Source of the DNA: a virus
Taxonomy: Duplodnaviria > Caudoviricetes
Length of the DNA: 34,796 nucleotides
Virus record (IMG/VR): IMGVR_UViG_3300025502_000082
Coordinates: 1 to 34,796 of that record
Direction: 5' to 3' (one strand)
In this document: positions 9,262 to 17,923 of the stretch, one piece after another
How the letters are laid out: every line of letters begins with the position of its first letter
How positions within the stretch are numbered: position 1 is the stretch's first letter
Made by a program: the position numbers and the translations under genes
The notes under the pieces: generated by a model
Database searches by the model: none
The model's input: the letters and a program-made list of their open reading frames with translations, nothing else
What the model was told of the DNA's origin: nothing

Positions 9262-11540
9262 TGGCGTCTAAATCACTCGGCACACTCACGCTCGATTTAG
9301 TGGCAAAAACGGGCGGCTTCGTTGCTGGCATGGATGCCGCTGAGCGCAAGTCAGCGAAGTGGCGCAAGCAGGTTAAGAAAGACGCGGAGGTGGTCGGTAA
9401 GGCTGTTGGCGTTGCTGCGGTTGCTGCGGGTGCGGCGCTGACTGCTCTGGTTGTCTCGCAGATCAATCAAGCGGATAGCGCGAGAAAGACTGCACAAGCT
9501 GTTGGCGTCAGCACTGAGGCGTTAACAGGGTTGACGTTCGCTGCCAGTCAGTCTGGTGTTAGCCAGGAGTCCCTTGCTGCAAGCCTGGGCAAGCTCAACC
9601 GCTCCATGCTTGAGGCCGCAACAGGCACTGAGCAGTATGAGCAAGCCTTTGCTGCGCTTGGCGTCTCCGTTATTGGTGCGTCTGGTGATTTGCGTAACAG
9701 CGAGGACGTGTTAAAGGACATTGCTGACAAGTTACAAAGCCTACCTGATGGGGCTGAGAAGTCTGCACTGGCGATGGACTTGCTTGGGCGTTCAGGCACA
9801 AAGCTGATTCCACTGCTGAACGGTGGCGCTGAAGGCATTGATGCGCTGACCAAACAAGCTGCGGCGCTGGGCCTTGTCATTAGTGATAAGACGGCAATGG
9901 AAGCGGAGTTGTTCAACGACTCGCTGGCGGTCATGGGTGCGCTATCTACGGGCCTTGGCCGTCAGATCGCGGCTGACTTGCTGCCAAATCTATCTGCGCT
10001 TGCTGACAACATGGCCAGATCGGCCACGGAAGGCGGCGCGCTGGCTGAAGTGTCAGGCAAGATCAGCAACGGTTTGCGCTGGATTGCCGCCTCTGCTGTG
10101 GGTGTTGTTGCTACCTTTGATCTGCTGGGCAAGTCTATCGGCGGGTTCGCCGCGACTATTGCCCCCATTTTTGACGGTGTGGGTTCCAGCCTGTTCACCT
10201 CTACCCCTGTCGGCGCTTTAGCTCAGATCGCACAGAACGTTTATAAGGGTACGGGTGACGTTCAGGCCGCATTTGATGTGGCGACCGCTGATGTTCAGGC
10301 GTCTGCGCTAGAATGGGCTGATCTGCTTGAAACCATCCTAAACCCTGACATAGACGCAAGTGAATCAGCCGCTGCTGTTAAGAGCCTGTCTGGGTTGCTA
10401 GAAGGTTTGCGCGGAGAAACAACAGCCACCAAGACGGAAGCCGAGAAGCTAGCCGATGCGGTCACGGCGCAGATTAAAGAGCTGCAATTCCAAGCGGAAG
10501 TGGTCGGTATGTCTGCCGATGCGGTCAGGCTGTACAAGCTGGAGACGGACGGTGCCACGGCTTCACAGTTGGCCGCAGCGCAGGCCGCACTAATGACCGT
10601 TTCTGCCTATGAGGCGCAAGCGGAAGCTGCCAAGAAAGCCGCAGAAGAGCAAGACAGCATCAATCAGCAGATGGCCTCAATCATTGACGGCTTGGCGACA
10701 GAAGAGGAACTGGTACGCCAGTCCTATGATCGTAGACGCCAGATTATCCTTGATAACACGCTTGTTACCGGCGAAGCGCAGCAGCAACTGCTTACCCGGC
10801 TGACAGAGCAGACGAACGAAAAGTTAGACGAATTGAACATGGGTTACTGGGAAAAATATCTCTCAGCCCTTGAAGAAAACTTTGCCAACATGGACACGCT
10901 AACCGCTGACATGCTGGAAAATGTCACGGGTAAATTCGGTGATGCCTTTGAGGCTATGGTGTTTGACGCAGAAAGCCTTGAGGACGCGGTTTATAAGCTA
11001 GCTGACGGTATGCTCCGCTCAGTAGTTAATGCGCTAGGGCAGATGGCAGGACAGTGGATAGCATACCAAGCCGTGCAGTTAGCCTTGGGTCAGTCCAGTC
11101 AGGCGGCAACCACTGCGGCTTCCGCAGCGTCTGGGACGGCAATTGCTGCGGCCTATGCTCCCGCTGCGGCTATGGCGTCTCTCGCTTCATTCGGTGCTAA
11201 CGCAGCACCGGCAATGGCGGGTATTACGGCTACTAGCGCGCTCGCCAAAGGCATGTCACTTGTGGGTATGGCTCACGAAGGTATGGATTCAATCCCAAAA
11301 ACAGGAACCTGGTTGTTAGAGAAGGGCGAGAGAGTCACCACCGCAGACACTTCTGCCAAGCTGGATAAAACGCTTTCATCTGTACAGCAGGGTATGGGCG
11401 GAGGTACAGGCAACGTCCGTATCGTCAACGCATGGGATACATCCATGATTGGTGAGTACATGGGTTCCGGTGCTGGTGAAGAAGTCATCATGAACGCTGT
11501 ACGGCGTAATCAGCGCACCATTCGGAGCATTGCACGATAA
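9261..11540 (+). CDS. Tape measure protein (759 aa)
   Basis: SLGTLTLDLVAKTGGFV.GM N-terminus, Ala-rich helical body, GMAHEG.DS.P..GTWLLEKGERV C-terminus. Confidence 0.95.
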   Translation: MASKSLGTLTLDLVAKTGGFVAGMDAAERKSAKWRKQVKKDAEVVGKAVGVAAVAAGAALTALVVSQINQADSARKTAQAVGVSTEALTGLTFAASQSGVSQESLAASLGKLNRSMLEAATGTEQYEQAFAALGVSVIGASGDLRNSEDVLKDIADKLQSLPDGAEKSALAMDLLGRSGTKLIPLLNGGAEGIDALTKQAAALGLVISDKTAMEAELFNDSLAVMGALSTGLGRQIAADLLPNLSALADNMARSATEGGALAEVSGKISNGLRWIAASAVGVVATFDLLGKSIGGFAATIAPIFDGVGSSLFTSTPVGALAQIAQNVYKGTGDVQAAFDVATADVQASALEWADLLETILNPDIDASESAAAVKSLSGLLEGLRGETTATKTEAEKLADAVTAQIKELQFQAEVVGMSADAVRLYKLETDGATASQLAAAQAALMTVSAYEAQAEAAKKAAEEQDSINQQMASIIDGLATEEELVRQSYDRRRQIILDNTLVTGEAQQQLLTRLTEQTNEKLDELNMGYWEKYLSALEENFANMDTLTADMLENVTGKFGDAFEAMVFDAESLEDAVYKLADGMLRSVVNALGQMAGQWIAYQAVQLALGQSSQAATTAASAASGTAIAAAYAPAAAMASLASFGANAAPAMAGITATSALAKGMSLVGMAHEGMDSIPKTGTWLLEKGERVTTADTSAKLDKTLSSVQQGMGGGTGNVRIVNAWDTSMIGEYMGSGAGEEVIMNAVRRNQRTIRSIAR

Positions 11541-12622
11541 TGGATCTGTGGCCGTTTAAGCCAAAATCTGAAGTGATCGAGTCGCTAGAGTGGTTGACTG
11601 ATTTATTTCGCGCAAAGGCCGGTGAGCAGCGCACAGCGATTAGGATAAACCCGCGCCGAAGCTTTAACCTGTCTCACGTCCTTAATGACTACGAATATGC
11701 GTCAGCCATTGCCTTGATGCGCGCAAATCAGGGTGACGGGTTCTATGTCCCTGAGTGGCCCGCGTCTACCAACGTGGGTTCTGTGTCTGGCACAGTGGCC
11801 GTTCCTGACGGGTTCCCAGATAAAGCTGTCGTATGGCAGTCTAACGCCAAGTATGAATTGGCTGATGTTGTTCGTGATCCCGGTGGCGATACTGTGGTGT
11901 TGGTGGGTTCCTATTCCAATGCTCGCTTAATTCCTGCACATATCGGCTACTGCCCAGATGGGCTAGAGAATGACAGGGGCGCGGCTGGTATTAACCAGTG
12001 CTCTCTGACATTCATTGTCTATGATACCCAAGACTTAGGATCGACAGTCTATACGCAGTACAGGGATCATGACGTTGTAGAGACGTGCCCGGTAATTGGG
12101 GCGGGTTCGTTCTCCGAGTCTGTCACATGGCCGTTATCGGCGTTTGATAACCAAGTCTCGATTGCCGAATATATCCGCGAGCGATCCACTCCTGACATGA
12201 AGTTTGATATGCGGTGGCATGAATTCACCGCTGAAGGTATTGCCGAGTTGGTGGCATGGCTGTACTCACTCAGGGGCAGGCAAAAAGCCTTTTGGCTATC
12301 GAGTCGCGGCAAAGACTTGGAGCCTGTTGGTTCTGTGTCAGGCGCTACGTTGACAGTTTACGCACGCCCAGGCTTAGCTGCGCTGACGAACGTAGACTTG
12401 GATATTGATGGCGAGTATCGGCAGGTGACTAACATCGTTGCAGGCACTCCGGTAGGCGGCAGAGATACACTGAACCTGACCATATCCACGCTCACGAATC
12501 CAACCATAAAGCGGATTAGCTTCTTACGCTGCGCCAGGTTTGACTCTGACAGAATCGAGCTACTGCACCGCGCGGCTGAAGGTACGGCTGTTCGCGTTCC
12601 TTGCATTGAGATCGCCCCATGA
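11540..12622 (+). CDS. Distal tail/baseplate-hub protein
   Basis: ESLEWLTD....GEQR...R..PRRSF; LRGRQKAFW; RFDSDRIEL.H; position. Confidence 0.75.
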   Translation: MDLWPFKPKSEVIESLEWLTDLFRAKAGEQRTAIRINPRRSFNLSHVLNDYEYASAIALMRANQGDGFYVPEWPASTNVGSVSGTVAVPDGFPDKAVVWQSNAKYELADVVRDPGGDTVVLVGSYSNARLIPAHIGYCPDGLENDRGAAGINQCSLTFIVYDTQDLGSTVYTQYRDHDVVETCPVIGAGSFSESVTWPLSAFDNQVSIAEYIRERSTPDMKFDMRWHEFTAEGIAELVAWLYSLRGRQKAFWLSSRGKDLEPVGSVSGATLTVYARPGLAALTNVDLDIDGEYRQVTNIVAGTPVGGRDTLNLTISTLTNPTIKRISFLRCARFDSDRIELLHRAAEGTAVRVPCIEIAP

Positions 12623-13428
12623 CGTACACGGCAAAGGATCAATCCACGCAAGACGGTGAGCCAGAACTGCGGTTCCTGTTTGTGCAGGGCGCTGCTGAAT
12701 ACCGCTACACCAACCGCCCGTACATCGTAGTTGGTGATGACACATGGCTGCCATCTTCGATTGATAACACTGAAGTCAACCAGTCTAACGAACTGGCGAA
12801 AGACCCGGTAAAGATCACCCTGCCAAGGGACAACCCACTAGCCCAGTCATTTCTTGCTGGATCACCTGAAGAAATAACCACTGTGACCATGTTCAGGTTG
12901 CACGAAGGCACTGACCCAGTGGCGTACTGGAAGGGCAGGGTTGCCGGATCTTCTATCAGCGGCGATGCGGTCACGCTCAACTGTGAGAATATCTTCACTT
13001 CCATGCGCCGGTCTGGATTGAGAGCGCGGTATCAGCGAGCGTGCAGGCACGCACTGTACAGCGTGGCGTGCGGGGTGGATATTGCCGCCAACGCTGAGTC
13101 AGATTCGGCAACTGCTGCGTCAGGCTACACGGTAACGATTGGCACAGCTTACACAGACGGTTTGTTCACTGGGGGCATCCTTGATGATGGATTTGGTAAG
13201 CGGTACATAACCAATCAGACAGGTAACACTCTGACGCTAATGAGTCCATCTCGCTATATACTCAGCGAAGTTGGAGGAGGGTCAGTCCCAATAACGCTAT
13301 ACCCAGGCTGCAATCACACAATGACAGACTGTGCTGATAAGTTTTCCAACATTAACAACTACGGCGGGTTCCCTTACATCCCGACCAAAAATCCATTTGC
13401 TAACGAAATCACAGGGAGCGTTGCCTGA
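12619..13428 (+). CDS. Tail-tip protein, DUF2163/BR0599 (GTA-like) family
   Basis: YQRACRHALY...CGV, LYPGCNHT...C..KF.N..NYGGFP.IP..NPF. Confidence 0.88.
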   Translation: MTYTAKDQSTQDGEPELRFLFVQGAAEYRYTNRPYIVVGDDTWLPSSIDNTEVNQSNELAKDPVKITLPRDNPLAQSFLAGSPEEITTVTMFRLHEGTDPVAYWKGRVAGSSISGDAVTLNCENIFTSMRRSGLRARYQRACRHALYSVACGVDIAANAESDSATAASGYTVTIGTAYTDGLFTGGILDDGFGKRYITNQTGNTLTLMSPSRYILSEVGGGSVPITLYPGCNHTMTDCADKFSNINNYGGFPYIPTKNPFANEITGSVA

Positions 13429-13658
13429 TGTGGATGTTTTTTGCCGGTATCGCTCTGGCTTTGGTTGCTGTTTACGCGCTTGCACCAAAGCCGCCAACCA
13501 CGCCACCGGCTGGATTAAATGAAATCAAAGCCCCCACAGCTACCGAGGGGCGCGAGATCCCAGTCTTGTTTGGTTGCCGAGAAATCATTAGCGCAAACGT
13601 AGTTTGGTATGGCGACTTAAAAACAACCCCAATCAAAAGCAGTGGTGGCAAGAAGTGA
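13428..13658 (+). CDS. Small tail assembly protein
   Basis: PTA.EGREIPVLFG......NVVWYGD...PIK..GGKK, as in D3112-like tails. Confidence 0.8.
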   Translation: MWMFFAGIALALVAVYALAPKPPTTPPAGLNEIKAPTATEGREIPVLFGCREIISANVVWYGDLKTTPIKSSGGKK

Positions 13659-13843
13659 TGATCACCATGAAAGACGTTCGGGCTGCTGGGATGTGCAGCC
13701 GAGGGGCGCGGGCATTTTTCATTCGCCATAAACTGGACTGGGTTGCTTTCGTGCAATCGGGTTTACCGGAAGATGTGATTGAAGCCACTGGAGATGCAAT
13801 GGCTATTCGGGTTGTGGAGGTAGCGCGTGAGCGGAGGGGGTAA
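13658..13843 (+). CDS. Small conserved tail-module protein
   Basis: C.RGARAFF.RH.LDW..F...G.....ATGDAMA. Confidence 0.75.
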   Translation: MITMKDVRAAGMCSRGARAFFIRHKLDWVAFVQSGLPEDVIEATGDAMAIRVVEVARERRG

Positions 13844-16829
13844 AGGTGGAGATGTAACCATTGGCTACAAATATAACCTTGGAATGCACATGGCGCTATG
13901 TCATGGGCCGATTGATAACGTCAACCAGATACGAGTTGATGGGCGCATTGCGTGGGAGGGCTTGGACACTGGCGGGAGGATTGATGTTGATGCCGGTGAG
14001 CTATTCGGCGGGGACAAGCGTGAGGGCGGTGTTTCTGGCCCTGTAGACATGGAATTTGGCGAGCCAGCGCAATTACCTAACGATTACCTGACATCGGTTT
14101 TGCCGGGTACAAACACCGCTTATCGCGGCGTGACATGTGCTGTTTTGCGTCAATGCTACATGGGAAATAATCCTTACCTGAAGGGGTGGTCATTCCGCGC
14201 ACAGCGAATTTCAGTCACTGAATACGGCGTGCTTCAGTGGTATGGAGAAAAAGCAGAAATATCTAGGGGCATTGGCTGCGTATACGATTGCAGCTCGTTG
14301 CGTGACACCATCCTGGCGATTGGTGGATGGCCGCTAGATGACCCGCAGCGTGGAACACCACCACTGAATCCCTACCAAGAAACCGCCATATATACGCTTA
14401 CGGCTCCAGGCTCTGGAGAGACCGACTGGGCAAGTGGTATCAACAGGGAGTGGGAGCCAACAGCGGACTTTTGTGAAGAAGACGATGATACAGGCAAGAG
14501 ATGGTATGCGAGGTATACCCCACCCGACCACTTCACGATAGGAATGACGACTGTTGAGCAGATGCAGACAACCTATACGCATGTGCTGAAGGCACCATCC
14601 AGCGCGTCAATCATAGATTTTCAGTACTCAATTGGAACGGGGCTTTCTAACCAGAGATTGTCTCCTCGATTATCTGTCACGATTTCAGGCGGCACAGCGT
14701 CATTTCAAAGCGCCTTTGTCACAGGCAACCCCTCTGTATCTGGCCCTACAGGTATTACTTGTGGCGACCTGCATGTGATCACAGTGCGGCTTCACCTAGA
14801 AGATTGGCTATATGATCGAGAGGGCACTGGTGGATATAGCATTTATACGCAAAGACTTGTTTGGACAATATGGGTTGACGATCAGCCGCAGCTTACACTT
14901 ACGCATGATTCTGGTGAGCGCGTCAGTATCGGCGCACCTGTTTACAGGCCGCTTGATGTGGCTAGGGTTTACAGGGATAGCGATGCTTACCTTGGAGGCT
15001 ATGCCATAGGGGTAGAGCATGAAACGGTTTATTTAGCCCTGCTTGAAAACTGCGCTGACTCAACTTCATGCAAGACTGACTGCGAGGACATGAACCCCGC
15101 TCACATTATCCGAGAGTGCCTTACTCAATCTTGGGGGCTTGGTTACACATCAGCAGATATTGACGGCACTTCATTTGAGTACGCCGCAGATATGCTTTTC
15201 GATGAAAGCATGGGCATGTCTATTTTGTGGGACAGAGAAATACCGATAGAGGATTTTATAGCGGAGATACTACGCCACATTGATGGTGTGGTGTATGTCT
15301 CCAGATCTACTGGAAAGTTTGTTTTGAAGTTAATCCGCAGCGACTACGAGGAAGCAGAGTTAGTTGTTATTGATGAAACGAACGCAAGAATGGCTAGCGA
15401 TGCGCGCCGCCCGGTTATAGGCGAGATGACCACTTCTGTCACTGTCAGCTTTACTGATTTCGAGCAAGATGAAGAGGATGGCAGCGTTACCGTTCACAAC
15501 GAGGCACTGATACAGCTTCAAGGCGCTGTGAGTAATGCCAAGGTTGACTACCCTGGCTTTATGCTGAGGTCTTTAGCTTCACGTATTGCGCTTCGTGATC
15601 TCAAGTCATTGTCAACGCCATTACTGTCTTGCGATGTGGATGCCGGAAGGGTGGCCGCAGATCTGAATATTGGCGATCCGTTTAAGCTTGATTTTCCCGA
15701 GCAAGGGATATCCAGTGTAGTGATGAGAGTGGAATCAATGTCTGTTGGTGATGGGCGGGATAACACTGTCAGAATATCTTGCCTTGAGGACGCCTTCAGC
15801 GTTCCAGACTTTGCGGCCATTGGTGATATTGGGCCTGGTTGGATTGATCCAGTTAAGACTTCTCCGCTGAAGTCAGAGCCACGGCTTATTGTTGAGTCAC
15901 CATATTATGAGCTGGTGAGAAGGGTAGGTGACAGAGAAGCTGGCTTGATTCTTGACGACGATCCTGATGCTGGGTTTTTATTCGCTAACGGTGGACGTCA
16001 GGGCAATGAGTTAAACGCCGACTTGATGGTTGATTCTGGCACGGGGTATGTTGACTCGGGTGTGTTGGATTTTGCGCCACACGCCTACTTGTCAGCTGAT
16101 GCGTGGTATTCAGACGGCAATCTGTACTATTCGGATGGCAAAGATTTGGATCAGGTTAGCGCTGGTGATCTGGCTCAGATTGGAGCCGAGGTTGTACGCT
16201 TTGACAGCTTCGGCTCTGACGTTGATGGTGACTTTATCGCAGTTGGGCGTGGCGTTCTGGATACGGTGCCGGCTGAGCACATCTACGATGTGGCGCAGCT
16301 TATCCCCATAGTGTTCTTCTCGCCTGCAACGGACAACGCGCAATATACAGCATCAGACTCTATCGATGTTAAGTTGCTCACCGCTCTTGGCAGTCAAAGG
16401 CTAACCATTGCACCGTCTGATGAAGTGGTGTTTGACTCCCGCGCTATTCGCCCATATCCCCCCGGCAATCTAACTGTGGATGCAGAGAGCTACCCGGTTG
16501 CCAAGGTATGGGATGGGACTCACACCTTAGCATGGGCTCATAGGGACAGGTTGCAGCAAACTTCAGGGGCTATATTCGATTACTCAGATGGAAATATTGG
16601 GCCTGAAGCTGGTACGACTTACACTGTTACTGTGGACGCAATATTAGATACCGGCGTCATATCGGCAGACTTTATTGATATAGACGCTGGCGCGGTGACG
16701 ACTCTGGATATTGATAGTGCTGTGGACGGCACGCCACCTGTTGATGCGGAATTCATACGATTCAAAGTTACGGCCAATCGTGGCGGGTACGATTCATGGC
16801 AGGCTGCGATGATTGTTGTATCTGTATGA
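13827..16829 (+). CDS. Central tail-tip/host-specificity protein with internal inserted domain
   Basis: GYKY.LGMHM.LCHGP.D, LFGG.KREGG, MNPAHIIRECLT, GKF.LKLIR.DY, RG.LDTVPA.H, R..RPYPPG, W.HRDRL.Q. Confidence 0.9.
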   Translation: MSGGGKGGDVTIGYKYNLGMHMALCHGPIDNVNQIRVDGRIAWEGLDTGGRIDVDAGELFGGDKREGGVSGPVDMEFGEPAQLPNDYLTSVLPGTNTAYRGVTCAVLRQCYMGNNPYLKGWSFRAQRISVTEYGVLQWYGEKAEISRGIGCVYDCSSLRDTILAIGGWPLDDPQRGTPPLNPYQETAIYTLTAPGSGETDWASGINREWEPTADFCEEDDDTGKRWYARYTPPDHFTIGMTTVEQMQTTYTHVLKAPSSASIIDFQYSIGTGLSNQRLSPRLSVTISGGTASFQSAFVTGNPSVSGPTGITCGDLHVITVRLHLEDWLYDREGTGGYSIYTQRLVWTIWVDDQPQLTLTHDSGERVSIGAPVYRPLDVARVYRDSDAYLGGYAIGVEHETVYLALLENCADSTSCKTDCEDMNPAHIIRECLTQSWGLGYTSADIDGTSFEYAADMLFDESMGMSILWDREIPIEDFIAEILRHIDGVVYVSRSTGKFVLKLIRSDYEEAELVVIDETNARMASDARRPVIGEMTTSVTVSFTDFEQDEEDGSVTVHNEALIQLQGAVSNAKVDYPGFMLRSLASRIALRDLKSLSTPLLSCDVDAGRVAADLNIGDPFKLDFPEQGISSVVMRVESMSVGDGRDNTVRISCLEDAFSVPDFAAIGDIGPGWIDPVKTSPLKSEPRLIVESPYYELVRRVGDREAGLILDDDPDAGFLFANGGRQGNELNADLMVDSGTGYVDSGVLDFAPHAYLSADAWYSDGNLYYSDGKDLDQVSAGDLAQIGAEVVRFDSFGSDVDGDFIAVGRGVLDTVPAEHIYDVAQLIPIVFFSPATDNAQYTASDSIDVKLLTALGSQRLTIAPSDEVVFDSRAIRPYPPGNLTVDAESYPVAKVWDGTHTLAWAHRDRLQQTSGAIFDYSDGNIGPEAGTTYTVTVDAILDTGVISADFIDIDAGAVTTLDIDSAVDGTPPVDAEFIRFKVTANRGGYDSWQAAMIVVSV

Positions 16830-17215
16830 AAACACTAATCCGCGCCTACCTGCCCCACCTGATCGCCCTGGCGCTCGCTGCCCTAGTCATTCTCGCAGGC
16901 TGGCAGTATGTGACGAGTCTCGGCTACAAAGCCCAAGCCAGCGCGCTCAAAGCCCAGCTAGCAACGGTGCAGGGTGATCTATCGGTATGCAAATCTAACT
17001 CAGCGTCAAGACTGGCCCAAATCGAAGCCCAGAGCAACGCTGTTGACGAAGCAAGGCGCTTGGGTGAGCTAAGGCGGGAAGCCGCTGTGAAGGCCCGTAA
17101 TGACGCCTTAAAGGCACTGGGAGAGACACAGGCACGTTACGCTAGGCTTCAGCGCGATTGGCCGCAGGACTGCGTTAGCGCCGTCGCCCGGGTGCGGCAG
17201 GAGTACGGTTTATGA
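16826..17215 (+). CDS. Inner-membrane spanin (Rz-like)
   Basis: N-terminal TM helix, coiled coil, C-terminal Cys; followed by a lipoprotein. Confidence 0.8.
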   Translation: MKTLIRAYLPHLIALALAALVILAGWQYVTSLGYKAQASALKAQLATVQGDLSVCKSNSASRLAQIEAQSNAVDEARRLGELRREAAVKARNDALKALGETQARYARLQRDWPQDCVSAVARVRQEYGL

Positions 17216-17478
17216 AGTGGCTAATTATTCCGCTTGTACTGCTCACCGGCTGCACCCGCACCCTGTACGTTGATCGGCCCATTGAGCACCGCGTAGAAGT
17301 CTCTCGCCCATGCCTTGAGTCCAGCGACATACCAGCCCAGCCAGCCTATGCCCTTGCACAGCTACAGCAGGGTGTGAGTGACGGCGATATAGTCCTAGCC
17401 ATGCGACAAGAGATTGCCGAGCGAACGGACTATACCGGGGTGCTGGTGGGCCTGCTTGGCGCTTGCACTCAGCGTTAA
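17212..17478 (+). CDS. Outer-membrane spanin lipoprotein (Rz1-like)
   Basis: Signal peptide with lipobox LLTGC; V.V..PC...P..P; C-terminal Cys. Confidence 0.82.
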   Translation: MKWLIIPLVLLTGCTRTLYVDRPIEHRVEVSRPCLESSDIPAQPAYALAQLQQGVSDGDIVLAMRQEIAERTDYTGVLVGLLGACTQR

Positions 17479-17669
17479 GAGGCTTTGGCTTTTGCCTCAA
17501 GCCAATCGTCGATGTCAGCTTTCCGCCAGCCAACACAGCGCGCAGAAAAACGGATTTTCCGGGGGAAGGTTGGGTCAGTTTCGTGCATGACGTGCAGCTT
17601 GGTGCGGCCTATTCCAATATATGCACAGGCATCTTTTGGTCGCATGATTGCCGGGGTGATCGCGCTCAT
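17475..17669 (-). CDS. alpA: AlpA-family excisionase/recombination directionality factor
   Basis: IMRPKDAC.YIGIGRT.L......FP..I.......GW...DID.WL; GAGG RBS. Confidence 0.88.
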   Translation of the reverse strand: MSAITPAIMRPKDACAYIGIGRTKLHVMHETDPTFPRKIRFSARCVGWRKADIDDWLEAKAKAS

Positions 17670-17729
17670 TGTTGGTGCCTCTTTCAAGTTGTTGTGTGCC
17701 AATAATACCAATAGCGTTCGTTGTTGTTA

Positions 17730-17755
17730 GAAACCTAATACGAATATTAAGTTTC
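17730..17755 (-). promoter_or_regulatory. UUCG-tetraloop hairpin upstream of alpA
   Basis: Minus strand GAAACTTAATA-TTCG-TATTAGGTTTC, 11-bp stem with one G-U pair. Confidence 0.6.
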
Positions 17756-17758
17756 GGG

Positions 17759-17778
17759 TTGTACCACGATTTGTGCCA
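17759..17778. promoter_or_regulatory. Putative integrase arm-type direct repeats
   Basis: TTGTACCA (17759) and TTGTGCCA (17771), about 100 bp from the att core. Confidence 0.55.
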
Positions 17779-17840
17779 GTGCTCGGGTTTCGCAGGGTAG
17801 TCAGTGCTAGATATTGGCTAGACAGCTTTTCAGGCCCACC

Positions 17841-17853
17841 CAAGTTATTGATA
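17841..17853 (-). promoter_or_regulatory. IHF-binding site
   Basis: TATCAATAACTTG is an exact match to WATCAANNNNTTR. Confidence 0.75.
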
Positions 17854-17877
17854 ATAAAAGCCTACTAGGATCGCCGC

Positions 17878-17898
17878 TCCAATCCATCATGGGGGCAA
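17878..17898 (-). other. attP core matching the 5' end of dusA
   Basis: TTGCCCCCATGATGGATTGGA encodes APMMDW, the conserved DusA N-terminal motif targeted by dusA-associated integrases. Confidence 0.8.
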
Positions 17899-17923
17899 GT
17901 ATCGCCTTCATCCAAGCCCATCA

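Noticed and set aside
1561-16343. Numerous antisense and alternate-frame ORFs in the structural region
   Set aside because: Shadow ORFs of well-supported genes, without RBS or motifs
17860-17911. Phage-encoded dusA gene
   Set aside because: Similarity is limited to APMMDW; the frame diverges immediately and stops after about 35 codons
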